Positions 52,556 through 64,000 of a stretch of 64,000 nucleotides of DNA are shown in pieces. The position numbers were made by a program, and so were the translations under genes. The notes beneath the pieces were generated by a model. The model made no database searches. It was not told the DNA's origin and saw only the letters and a list, made by a program, of their open reading frames with translations. The DNA is from Octopus sinensis (Eukaryota). Positions within the stretch are counted from its first letter, which is position 1, and the number at the start of each line of letters is the position of its first letter. The stretch is from NCBI RefSeq assembly GCF_006345805.1, contig NC_043005.1, positions 107,694,001 through 107,758,000 of the forward strand, in the 5' to 3' direction.

Positions 52556-52689
52556 GAAAAAGACAAAGAGAAACACGGAGGAGATAATTAACTTCATAGC
52601 AAATATAACCAGTGTCTTACGAATATTAATATATGTATATATAATTAAACCAACACGAGAAGGATTTATATATCCCGTGGTTAATCTTT

Positions 52690-52920
52690 AATTTCTGCTT
52701 AGATGCATTTTTAAAATGCGGACATGGAAAGAAAATCTCGCTCCAGGTATTGACAAAGTCACTGGAAGTTCTTAAGTTTCTTTAAAAGATACGGCTTTTC
52801 AAGCGAGCATATGGCCGGTTGATATAAGGTTTAGTTTATTGAAAAGATCTTCCATTTGATATTGTAATTGATGTCCTTGTCCATATGTTTCCGGATTAAT
52901 GCCTGGATACCTGTATTTCA
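52690..52920 (-). mobile_element. Penelope-like element GIY-YIG C-terminal remnant
   Basis: LIRKHMDKDINYNIKWKIFS...ICSLEK / FVNTWSEIFFPCPHFK resembles the PLE C-terminus (L...I.Y.IKW.IL...C.LC..EK...LN.R.E....C.H). Confidence 0.55.
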
Positions 52921-52980
52921 CAAGGTTTATTGGGATTTTTATAACGACAACAACGACAGCAATAATAATAATAATAATAA

Positions 52981-53050
<70 letters not shown>

Positions 53051-53063
53051 TTAATAATAATAA

Positions 53064-53120
53064 TACACAAAGTGTGAAAGAAGCAGGCGAGAACATAGTG
53101 GGCATTGTGTGTGTACACAC

Positions 53121-53217
<97 letters not shown>

Positions 53218-53263
53218 CTCTCTCTCTATATATATAATAATGTGTGGTGTGTGTGTGTGGTGC

Positions 53264-53314
<51 letters not shown>

Positions 53315-53322
53315 TAATAGAT

Positions 53323-53354
<32 letters not shown>

Positions 53355-53367
53355 TAGCCAGGCAGAC

Positions 53368-53463
<96 letters not shown>

Positions 53464-53520
53464 GTGTGTACACACGCAATGCCCACTATGTACTCGCCTG
53501 CTTCTTTCACACTTTGTGTA
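53064..53520. repeat. Fold-back element: 60-bp inverted arms plus inverted (TCTA)n/(TAGA)n arrays
   Basis: 53064-53123 versus reverse complement of 53461-53520 differ at only 2 positions; flanked by (AAT)n and (TTA)n. Confidence 0.9.
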
Positions 53521-53530
53521 TTATTATTAT

Positions 53531-54028
53531 TGAGTGAGAGAGCAGTTCATGCCATCAAAGTGACACTGGGGTAAAATATACGAAGCCCGATATACCCATC
53601 ATGACTACCCGTCTGATAAAGGTACACCAGGCACATGCATCACAACCATATGTGCGCGACATGGTCATCTCATATCAAGATAAACAGCACATGACCTTGC
53701 GGTCCCTGAATAAGGGTTGTTTAAGGATGTTGAAAGAACCACCCATGTTTCCAGAGGTGAATTATTCAAACCCCAAAGAATCCCTCTCAACACATGGCTA
53801 TGATGCTCCCCCACTACTTCTGCTCGTGATCAGAGATGCACATATCGTCAGCCACTAAGGGACATGCTCAACTGGTTAAGGTCAAACAACTGACAAGCAA
53901 ATCTGTGGTATTGAGCAGAATATTTGCTGTAGCCCATCTTTTATACAGACAAAACAATGTACATGATAACACTTCCAATCAGTTAAGATCAGAAGCCATG
54001 AGAGCCATGCCTGGTACTGCATCAGGCA
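53531..54028 (-). mobile_element. Non-coding retroposon 3' segment with (TAA)n tail, copy 2
   Basis: Near-identical to 22779-23202 except for a ~54 bp deletion; (TTA)n on both sides. Confidence 0.8.
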
Positions 54029-54090
<62 letters not shown>

Positions 54091-54091
54091 T

Positions 54092-54123
<32 letters not shown>

Positions 54124-54764
54124 TAATATATATATATATATATACACGATTCGCAAGGAGCCATGACAGCTAAAATTTGTTGGTTCGATTCAGCCTGAGG
54201 TTAGCTCATCATTTTTCGATCATTTGTTTATATTTCAGTTACCTTATTGGTCCTCTGATAAAATTCAGGTCTGGCTAACAACATCGAATGATGAAGGAAC
54301 GTATAGAATAGTTTATAATAAACAATTGCACACCACTTTGCCTCAGTTCATTTCATATAGCATACAGAGAATATAATCAAGGCATCACAAAGAAAATATA
54401 GAATTATACGTCTTGAAAATTCATTACACTATTATCTCATGAAATTCACACTAAATTCCAATCCGACAAAACTGAGTAGGTGTTCTAAAGTCCTTTGACG
54501 TAGTATCATCCACCCACATGGGTAAAACCTTGAAGAAAGCTGCATAGGAATGCATAAGAACAAAGCTGCATATTGGATGAATATGTACTGAAATTGAACC
54601 AACTAAATGCATATTTAATGCTACTTTGAAAGAGATTAGCGGAAACACGTGTCGGATTGGCATTTAATGTGAATTTAATGAGAATAGTACTATTATGAAC
54701 AAATTTTTGAAGATGTATAATTCTGCATTCTCCTTTATGTTGTCTTGATTATACATATATGCAT

Positions 54765-54772
54765 AGATAGAT

Positions 54773-54808
<36 letters not shown>

Positions 54809-54811
54809 GTT

Positions 54812-54848
<37 letters not shown>

Positions 54849-54910
54849 GATAATAGATAGATAGATAGATAGATAGATGGATAGATGGATAGAAGATAGA
54901 TGGATAGATG

Positions 54911-54949
<39 letters not shown>

Positions 54950-54986
54950 TGATAGATAGATAGATGATAGATAGATAGATAGATAT
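54765..54986. repeat. (GATA)n microsatellite, 3' flank of the Tx1 element
   Basis: Directly visible. Confidence 0.95.
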
Positions 54987-55389
54987 AGTTTCTTCTTTAT
55001 TAGCCCACAGGCTACACACAGATAGAACAAATTACAAGGTAGAGCTTTTCTTTGAAGGTTTAAAAAATTAAAAAAATAAAAAATAAATAAAATAAAATAA
55101 AAATAAAATAAAAAGGGGGGTCGATCAAAAGGGATCGTAAAAGGAGAGAAAGAGGACAAAAAAAAGGGGGGTTAAAAAAAAAAAAAAAGGGGGGGAAAAA
55201 ATTGATCAATAGGGATCGTTATCACAGAAATGTCAATATGAAGTGTAAGGGGAGGACAGGTGAGGTTTACCCGTGGAAGAAAAGCCTACGGAAAAGACCA
55301 CGGTAACCTCGGTCAATGAAGTCACATGTTTATTTCTTTTTTTTTTTTTTTTTTGCAAATAAGCAACTCTGTATTAATTTTTACGGTTC

Positions 55390-58300
55390 ATAGAATCATA
55401 GTCAAGGTGCTTCGTCATTCATACGTGCCATCCTTGCTACATTCACCCTCTTTTTTTAAAACATTCACTAGACAAAACTTGCCTCTCTACTCTCACTTTT
55501 TTCTTCAAGTGATACTTGAAGAAGTTGATGAGAGATTGACCAGAGAGGAAAGTGTTTGTCTCTAATCCTTTCAGACGCGTCCACCAGATACATTCTTTCG
55601 CCATAGCCACAGTATGATAAAAATAGCTCTTCCTTCCCGTTTGAAGGAAGGAGGCGTGACGATATTAACGATAGACTCGGCTGATAACCGACACGTCCAC
55701 ACACGACAGCAGTCGTTCGACATAAGCCCACAGGTGGGAAATTGCTGGACACTGCACGAATGCGTGCAGAGCGGTTTCGTCGTCTCTGCCCGCATCTCGG
55801 GCAGGTCGGCCCCGTGTTTCTCGAGCCATGCCTATAGAGCTTATCCCGAACGGGTAGCGCTTCTCGGTAGCACCGCCAGGCCAGGGATCTCTGGAAGTTG
55901 TCCATAGGTCCCGGGCCGAAAGTCGTTTGAAACAGGCGGGTCAGGTATTCCTCGTCGACGCCCAGGTTTGCCCCGAGCTCGTCGTCGTACCTCCCCTCCA
56001 CTAATCCCCTATAGAATGCTTTGGTTGTGTTGAAGTCACTCAAGGTCGACCCGGGACGGCAGAGTTGCTTGAGAGCAACGCAACACTCGCGGTGCCATTC
56101 GCCCTTCTTCGGCCTCTTTTTGATCCACGACTGTAGTTCGGTCATGGAGACGAGTTGCGGGAATGCGTGCCTCACAAACGGCGACCACACCTGTTCACCG
56201 TCGTCTACATAGAGCCGGAGATGTCGCAGTCTCAGCGCGTGTCTGCGCATCATCAACCACGGCATGCCCAGCCCTCCTTTTAACGGGTGTTGACAGCAAA
56301 TGGATCGCCTGACCATCGGGACGCATCCTTTCCACAAGAAGCGGAAGAGGATGCGTTCTAGTTTGGTGATGGTAGGGTCGGGACAAGGTACGACGGTCAG
56401 GCGGTAGTAGATGATGGACGCGATGTACGCGTTCACCACCTCCGCCCGACCTTTTAGGGACAGTTTCCTCTCAGCCCACTGCTGGGCGAGAGTGACCACC
56501 CTACTCGTTATCTCGTTCCAGTTCTTCTCCATTTGAAGGTCCGGACCGAACCAGACCCCGAGCAACTCAACCGGGCCGTCTGTCCAGCGTCCCACGACGG
56601 AGGTACTGGTGGACGGCATGGGCTTGCTTCTCCAGGTGCCGAGCCACAAGCCCACTGACTTTTCCCGGTTGATTTTCGCTCCTGTCACCGCTTCGTAGTC
56701 TTTCGTGTCTCTCGCCGACCCGCTCGATGTGCTCGTGGCTTGACACTATGACGGTGACGTCGTCCGCGTATGCAGACACGCTCGTCCCGCATCCTAATTC
56801 TCGCGGGATGCCCCTCAGAGTCGCCAGCTTCCGCAGTAGTGGCTCAAGAGTCTACGTATAGAAGCGCCGAGAGGGGGCATCCCTGACGGACCGAACGTGC
56901 AATGTCGAAGGGTCTCGATAGATGTCCATTTACGCGAATTACCGAACGGATGCCTCTGTACAAGGCAGCTATCCAGCCGCGGAAGACGGGACCGAAACCA
57001 GCCGCTCTCAGGACCGCCTCCAAGTATCGATGGTCTACCCTATCAAGGCTTTCGATTGATCCAAGTTGATCAGGCCCCACCCATGCCAGGTTCGTTAACT
57101 ACCCTGTCTATGATGTAGCGCATCAGATGGAGGTTGTCATGGATGCTCCGGCCCGCACGGCGCACGTTTGTGCGTTGTCGACCAGTTTTCTCCATGACAA
57201 CGCCAACCTCTTGGCTAACACCTTTGTCAAAATTTTCAGGTCTGCATTGAGCAGAGTGATTGGCCTAAGTTATCTATAATGTTTCCCTTGTTTGGATCTT
57301 TCTTCAGCAGAGTTACAGCTCCTCGACTCACAAAACCGGGTATGCTCCCGTTTTGCTGCCAGTTGCAGTATAACCGCTGCCAAGACGTCTCCAAACAGTC
57401 TGGCATACAATAGTAAAAATTCGTAGGGTAGACCATCCAAACCCGGTGATTTGTCCCTCGAGCATTCTGCCATCGCTTCCCCCGCACTTCCGCCGCCGTG
57501 ATGGCACCTTCGCAGCGCCCTGCCTTTCTTGTCGAGAGTCGTGGCAGGCTATGTAGGTAGGCACTGAAGTCTACCCTACGTTCTTGCCCTCCACTCGTCC
57601 CGACAGTCGGGCAAAATGTGCTGCTGAAAGGCCTCACACACATTTTACTTGGCTCGAGCAATTCGCGCCCCTGTTCATCTACCAGTGACCGAATGGTGGC
57701 TTTGTTGCCCTGTTGCGCCTCTGCCACCCGGGCCTCTCTCGCGGCTCCCACACACTTCGTTCCTTAGAGCACGCATCCTAGCTCTGACAGCACATCCTTC
57801 GTGTTTGGCGTTGAAGTGTTTGGTCGAGGGCCAACCTCGCCGCCAAAACGTCGGATGCGATGCCGCTTCTAATTGCCTCTCTTCTAGCTTCTTAACTAGC
57901 TCACCCCTCTACTCTATTTCTATCTATGGCTAGTGCTTTGCTGTACCTAATCGCTTCTGCTTTACTGCTCTCTTGAGGGCAAACCACCATTTGTTGTTGA
58001 TGATGGCTCCCGTCAAAGCCCTCTTTACTAGTGTGCTAATCCGGTCTCTGAAAACTTGTCTGGACGGGAATGATGCGTTCAGTTTCCAGTACCCGGACCC
58101 TGTCTATGTGCCTTATCTAAGTCTAGCGTACACGTCACCAATTTGTGATCCGTGTAGCTGACTGTGTGGAATTGTGGACATCCTAAGTTATCCTTGTCTA
58201 CTGTCCTACACAGTATCCTATCTAGATACGATCTCGACGACCCACTGCGGTTGCTCCATGTCCACGTTGGTGCATTTGGGTGGTCGAGTCGGTACCTGTC

Positions 58301-58822
58301 AGACAGTTGGAATCGTCTGAGCAGGTCTCTGAGGCATTTGCATCCCCTTCTGTTTCTGTCTCTACCCCGTAGTCTACATGCGTGTCTAAGGTAGCATTCC
58401 AATCCCCCACTAAGAGTAAAGGACGAGACGTTCCCAAGAATACTTCTAGACGTCGAAAGAAATCCGCCCGACCTGTTAAGGGCGGTGCGTAGACTGATAC
58501 GAGTCGAAAAGCGCACTATTGCTGCCGTCAACATCCAGAACGATCAGTCTACCCTCCGGGTCTACGAATATCGTCTTGACTTCGAGATCCAGGCTCTTGT
58601 GAAAAAGTACCGCGGTGCCACTACCGCCCATCCTCGGCAGACAGGGAGCGAAATAAATGTTAAACTGTCCGCCAAACATGGACTTTAGGGCCCGTGGCTC
58701 GTGAGTCTGGTCTCACTTATGGCTATGATTCCCAAATCATGTGACTTGATGTCATTTAGGAGGTAGCCTTGTTTCCAAGGAGACCCCAAGCCACGCGCAT
58801 TCACACAACCAATCTTGACCAT
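55390..58822 (-). pseudogene. Tx1 ORF2: APE endonuclease + reverse transcriptase + C-terminal Zn-binding region, multiply frameshifted
   Basis: Start MVKIGCVNARGL...IAISETRL; LLLVGDWNATLD; SYLDRIL; SYTDHKLV; KSPGLDGLPYEF; RSVRQGCPLSALLY; SAYADDVTV (YADD at ~56759-56770); KINREKSVGLWLG; GGLGMP; TCPRCG. Confidence 0.92.
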
Positions 58823-58870
58823 GATTCTATTGGGGTGTGTGCTTTAAACACCAAATGAAAGTACAGAGAG

Positions 58871-60971
58871 TTACTTACTTGTGTCGAAAGTTTTGGCTTC
58901 CTCGTTCTTTGATGTGTCTTCGAGGAGGTTTCTATATAGTTTTTGGGACAGATATTTCTGGAACCCCCTACAGCATTTGGGAAGAGGGCTTTGAGTGTGG
59001 TGTTGTGTTTGTGTGATGTGTAGTATTTTGATGTGTTTGGGTGGTGTAGTGCGTGGATGATTGCTATTTTTAAAGTCATCTTCACAAATGTTTGTGTATC
59101 CTGTGATGTACTCCATTAGTTTGGAGTCTTTTGTGTCTATCGCTGATAGCATTTTTTTGTGGTGTTGGTGCTTGTTTTGTTGTGTATGGAGTTTTTTTCA
59201 GGGTTCAGGTATCTCCCTGCTTTGGTTGCGATTTCTTGTTTGGTTTTCTTGATCTTTTTCTTTTACCCCCTGTGGCTATTTGCCATTCTGTCGAACTTTC
59301 ATCGTTAGATGAAAAGTCTGACGAATCAGCAGGGGGCAAGGGTAAAGCGTCTGGGTGTGTTTGTGCGGTTGTAGATATTGTTGTGGTGCGCGGGGATGGT
59401 GTGCTGGGGGGTTGTTGTGGTTATTGTCTCTCCTACATCCTTGGTGCTTGTCTTCTTCGTTGTTATTCTTGGTGTTGGAATTGGTTTATTTGTTGTTGGT
59501 GGTGATGATTCTGTTCTTGGCGCTGGTGTTGGTGTTTGTTTGGTTGGGTTGGCTTGTTCTTTGTTGTTTTTCCTGCATTTCCGCATACAGCTTCTTGACT
59601 AGCTGTCCATATTGTGGTGTGGGCAATAATCCTGGCTTTTGTGATTTTTCCTGTGGCTGTTGTTGTTGTTGTAATTTTGCGGCAGATTTGCACTCCTTTT
59701 TGAGGTGTGCCTCACTGCCACATGTATAGCATCGTGGCCTTCTGCCCTCGACTACTACGTATAACTTGAGGCCATCCTCAATGTACGTGGGTGGGGATTT
59801 TATTTATGTCCTCTTGACTTATGTGGAAGAGGAACTCTATTCTCTTTCCAGCCAGTCCTTGTTTTTCGAAACACCGATATCTAGGATGTTTATGTCCTCC
59901 ATTTCGGATGTTAAGGCGGATGTAATCCACAGTGTTGTAGTCACTTGGGGACACCACTGATAATGACTTTCGTCACCTTCTGGCCGAGGTAACTCGGTGT
60001 CAACGTTAGTTCATCAGAATGAAGGGTTATCGTTGAGAATTTCTTCGCCAACTCTTCATTCTGAAAAACCACCTGTACGGTGTGCGAACTTGTTCGCCCA
60101 AGTCACACAATCCTTGTATCCCCAGATGGGGCGTAAGCACTTTTCGACTTTGTCTGTGCTTGCCTTTTCTGGACTTTTTGTTTTTTTATTTGTGATTTTA
60201 TATACATTGTCTTTTTTTTTCTCCTCATTCAGTATGTGCTGAGGTATGTGTAGAGTATTTTTTTCGTTTTGATTTGTAATAAGGTTTCTGCAATCTTTAA
60301 TCTGTTGTGTAGTAAACGAAACTTTTGTTACCTTTTTCTTTTATCGCCTCGGCGAAGTTGTTGTTGTTTTGTTATTGTTGTTACTGCCGGTGGTGTTGGT
60401 GTTGATGGCAGGGTGTGGGGTTGTAGGTTTGTGGTTGCTGATTATGCAACTAGCAAGGGGTGGAAATTGCCTGCGTAATTTAGTCCTGCATTAGCGCAAA
60501 TTTCGGCATTTCGTTTGCTTGTCTTATTTTTTCACTTGTTGGTGATGGAGTGAGCAGTGGTTGAAGGGATTGTTGTTGTCGTCGTCGTCGTTGTTGTTGT
60601 TGTTGTTGTTGTTGTTATTGTCGTTCTTGGTGACGGCGGTGGTGTTTTAGTAGTATTAGTAGCATTGACGGCACGGTCTTTGGTGGCGGTGATGTTGGTA
60701 TTGTTATTGGTGGCGACGTCTTTAGTAGGGATAGCAGTTTTAGTAGCAGATTCTTGCCATGGTGTTGTTGTCGGTGTTTGGTGGGTGGTGTGGACTCACT
60801 GATGGTGTGGACGGTGCTTGGCCTTGCGACCTTTGTTTTGTATTTGTTGCTGTTGTCGATGTTGATGGTGGCGAGTTGTCAGGTTCAGCGTAAGGTAACA
60901 GAGCATCCTGTTTTTTCTGCCTCTGCGTCACGCTTGACTTGCACCTCAGCCTCGTGGTGACCAGTGGCCAT
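58871..60971 (-). pseudogene. Tx1 ORF1 (gag-like nucleic-acid-binding protein), frameshifted, with long T/P/Q-rich segments
   Basis: CX2CX4HX4C knuckle CYTCGSEAHLKKEC at ~59690-59731, preceded by TVQVVFQNEELAKKF...LGQKVTKVIISGVP...LYVVVEGRRP; candidate ATG at 60971. Confidence 0.75.
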
Positions 60972-61192
60972 TTTGGAAATAAAATGGCTAAATGAACCAC
61001 GAAGGCTATGAGAATTTTTTCTTTTAAATTTTGCCCACAAGGGGCAAAATTTTGTGTAGATATTAATCAAGGTTTGCAGTAGATGTTGTTGCACAACTTT
61101 TAAACACAAAATATTTCACAATAAACAGTTTTCAACGTACAAAATGACCAACTTACGTGGAGCCCATTTGACTAGCGTCCGTCCATGTCGAG

Positions 61193-61253
61193 AGATAGAT
61201 TAGATAGATAGATAGATAGATAGATAGAGAGAGAGATAGATAGAGAGATAGAG

Positions 61254-61301
<48 letters not shown>

Positions 61302-61410
61302 GGATAGATGGATAGAAAGATAGATGGATAGATGGATAGATAGATAGATAATAGATACTACTCAAACATACATACATACATACATACATACATACATACA
61401 TACATACATA
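61193..61410. repeat. (GATA)n then (CATA)n microsatellite, 5' flank of the Tx1 element
   Basis: Directly visible. Confidence 0.95.
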
Positions 61411-63939
61411 CTTATATACATACATTTATTGGCAGTGTATTCTGTAAGATTAAAATGAGTGTGGAGTGCAAATATTGACATTGAAATGGACAGTTTACCT
61501 GTACCTTCTCCTCTGATCATAGCGCAATGCTGCCACCTCACGACTCCCAACCTGTTGCTTAAAACTTAAGACCTCCGATTTCTAAGGTCAGCAGTGAAAT
61601 AAAAGAGGTAAAGGCCTACCTCTCCCTCCACATCCCGCTTTCTCATACACGTGGGCGCGCGAACACATACATGCATACACACACACACAAACACTCTCTC
61701 ACTCTCTCTTTCTTCTCTCTCACTTTATCGCTCTCGGTCTCTTTCAGTTTTTTTTTCGCATTTCTCTGCACATAGAAAACTTTAGCAGGTTTGCTGTAAT
61801 TCTGACCTCAACTTGATTAGAGCTTGCTCCTTTTCGTCAGTTTTACACTTTTCTCAGTTCTACGATCTGGTGCTGCCTCCTATTGGGACAATGTCGCTTA
61901 TCTTTTTCCTTCCTGCATGCTATATTCATCTGGGCATGACTTTTATCAATTTGTGCTTTAGTTTTTATAATGTCTCGTTTCATCTTCTCTCAGATTATTG
62001 TCAAGGCTGATGATCAGATACTTATTCAATTGAACATGTCTGCATCCACCCATCCTGGGTGGAGAGATCCTTGGCTATTTAGTTTGCTTCCTGATCTTGA
62101 TCCTCTTGCAACTCACAAGCAGATTAATACACTTAAAAATAAACCTCTTGGTAGTATAAAGTGTTGTGCATTGTTGTAGTTGCTCTTTACCCTTCCATTA
62201 CCCTGGTGAACCTTCGCGCTGCATGCGCTTTTGCATATTCCGGCACAACTGTTGCGTCTTCTATTGGTTTCTCTCTCTTGTCTTGTTATATCCAGTCTTG
62301 AGTCCTAAATCCTTTATTCTCCCAATTTGGCTTGTCTACCCATGATTATTCAGTCTCTTTAGATCTCGCAAACTCCTAACACATAACATTGGGGTTCTAG
62401 TTGTACAACAATTGTGTGAAAATTTCCAAGCTGTCATTCGTTTTTTTTTCATGGATTTCTCGTGGGTCTTTCCCCACTGACAAAAATCTTTTTCTGTCGT
62501 AGACACGATATTACAAGTAAAAAAAAAAAGGCAGGGATGCTTTGTTTACTGCAGAAACTTTAGGACCTTTCTTTTTAAAGATATTGCAAATTATTCTCCT
62601 GGGGTGATTAAAACTATTGAAACGTTGAGTACCCTTCAATATCTTCAGCCGATATCTCATGGCACAAATGTATTATCTCTTTGTCTGTAATCTTCGCTTG
62701 CGTCTGCAGGAAAGAAGCACATCGGTTCTGCTGAGAAGCAGCCGCCATCCTTAACAAGGAATGATGCTGCGTGCCAATTCTTTGGTAAAGGTCTCATCAA
62801 AAAAGTCTCAATATTCAGCGTTCTTCAGCTGGGGAGAAATATTAAAAACAGCCCCCGCACTCGGGCACTGCGTGTTTGTTCAGACTAATCGTTTTTGTGC
62901 ACCTGGATAAAAGGAATCTGTCGGGTCGAAGCGATGTTACTGCACCTCTTGCAAAAATCTTAATCTATCTAAAAGTTTCATTGCATCTAATAATAAAAAA
63001 CTTAATGAAAAGTCCTCAACGAATTCTCAGCAGTTGATATGCCCAAGGAATCTTATCACCCCTTACGACTCTGATACTTCTCAGTGGTGATGCCTGACAC
63101 ATTAACCTTAATTTACAAATAACTCCTAAAACATGGCAATATCTAGCAAAAGAATAAAGTTACTTAGAGACAAAATATGTATATTTATACATATTTACGT
63201 ATTGTTTCTGTGAACGTATTGTTGATTATAATAAAACCTCAGAAATTTCGAGAAAAATGAGATAATCTATTTTTAGAACAATTTAATAAAAAGCAGATAC
63301 AGCTCTGTATAGAGTGTAAATAATGGGTTCAAAAATATCTTGGAAAAGAAATTTTGGAGTCTTCTGGTGGTGGGTAAACCCACACCACCGATAAACACGA
63401 CAGGAGGTTTATCATTGAACGACAGCAATCCTTCGAATTCTTTCAGTTTTAAAAATGTTCTTCCAACCAGCGGGAATGGAGTGTTGTTGACATAAAAAAG
63501 AAAGAGAGCGCAAATTAATTCATTTCTCAAATGATTTATCTTGAAGCAGATAAAGCTATAAATGATGTTGTGTGAATACTGGGTTTCTACCCAACAGATT
63601 TTTATTCAATATTGATACACACACACATACACATATGTGTGTACATATATCCATATACATACACACGTGCGTGTGTATACATCTGTATATAAACATCTAT
63701 ATATGTAAGTGTGTATATGTATGTAAGATTCTGTATTCATATCTATGTATGCATGTATATATTTATACAAATTTGCATAAGAATATTAATGCCTGAGCAT
63801 AGAACACGTGAAAAGTGTGATATGACATTTGAAGGTAGAGACAATTGAGATATGTCCAGATCACCTACGTACCACTTCAAAATTTCCTCCCCACCCGTTT
63901 CAACATTTATCTATACATACCTACATATATATATACATG

Positions 63940-64000
<61 letters not shown>

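Larger units (their letters stand above)
54987..61192 (-). mobile_element. Full-length Tx1-clade (L1 group) non-LTR retrotransposon
   Basis: 5' UTR, ORF1, ORF2 and a 3' UTR with AATAAA near its end; both ends abut (GATA)n arrays. Confidence 0.92.

Noticed and set aside
54455-54662. 11-bp inverted repeat CCAATCCGACA/TGTCGGATTGG about 200 bp apart
   Set aside because: Too short, with no TSD or second copy to call a MITE.
61760-63530. Non-repetitive stretch with short ORFs (62-85 aa)
   Set aside because: No recognisable motif in any frame examined; may be old TE debris but cannot be supported.

Overview
Eukaryotic, AT-rich, microsatellite-saturated genomic DNA with no recognisable host protein-coding gene. 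The SINE families, LINE remnants and (TA)n/(TATG)n/(GATA)n/(TAA)n density look like octopus (cephalopod) intergenic or intronic DNA; this is inferred from recalled repeat families, not from a database search. Most ORFs in the track are microsatellite or low-complexity artefacts. The real content is layered mobile elements. (1) A full-length ~6.2 kb Tx1-clade LINE (ORF1 with CCHC knuckle; ORF2 APE-RT, frameshifted) between two (GATA)n arrays. (2) Three restriction-like-endonuclease (RLE) retrotransposon 3' fragments: R4/Dong-like in (TAA)n, a second family in (CATA)n, and a HERO-like one. (3) CR1, RTE, Penelope, Tc1, mariner and Helitron/Helentron remnants, two TA-flanked MITEs and many tRNA-derived SINEs. 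Most notable observations: a 5S rRNA copy fused to a SINE tail; Penelope-type termini with minimal hammerhead-ribozyme cores; a circularly permuted inverted duplication that fits circle re-integration through a SINE; and apparent partitioning of microsatellite types among retroelement families. All coordinates were read by eye and are approximate to a few bases.
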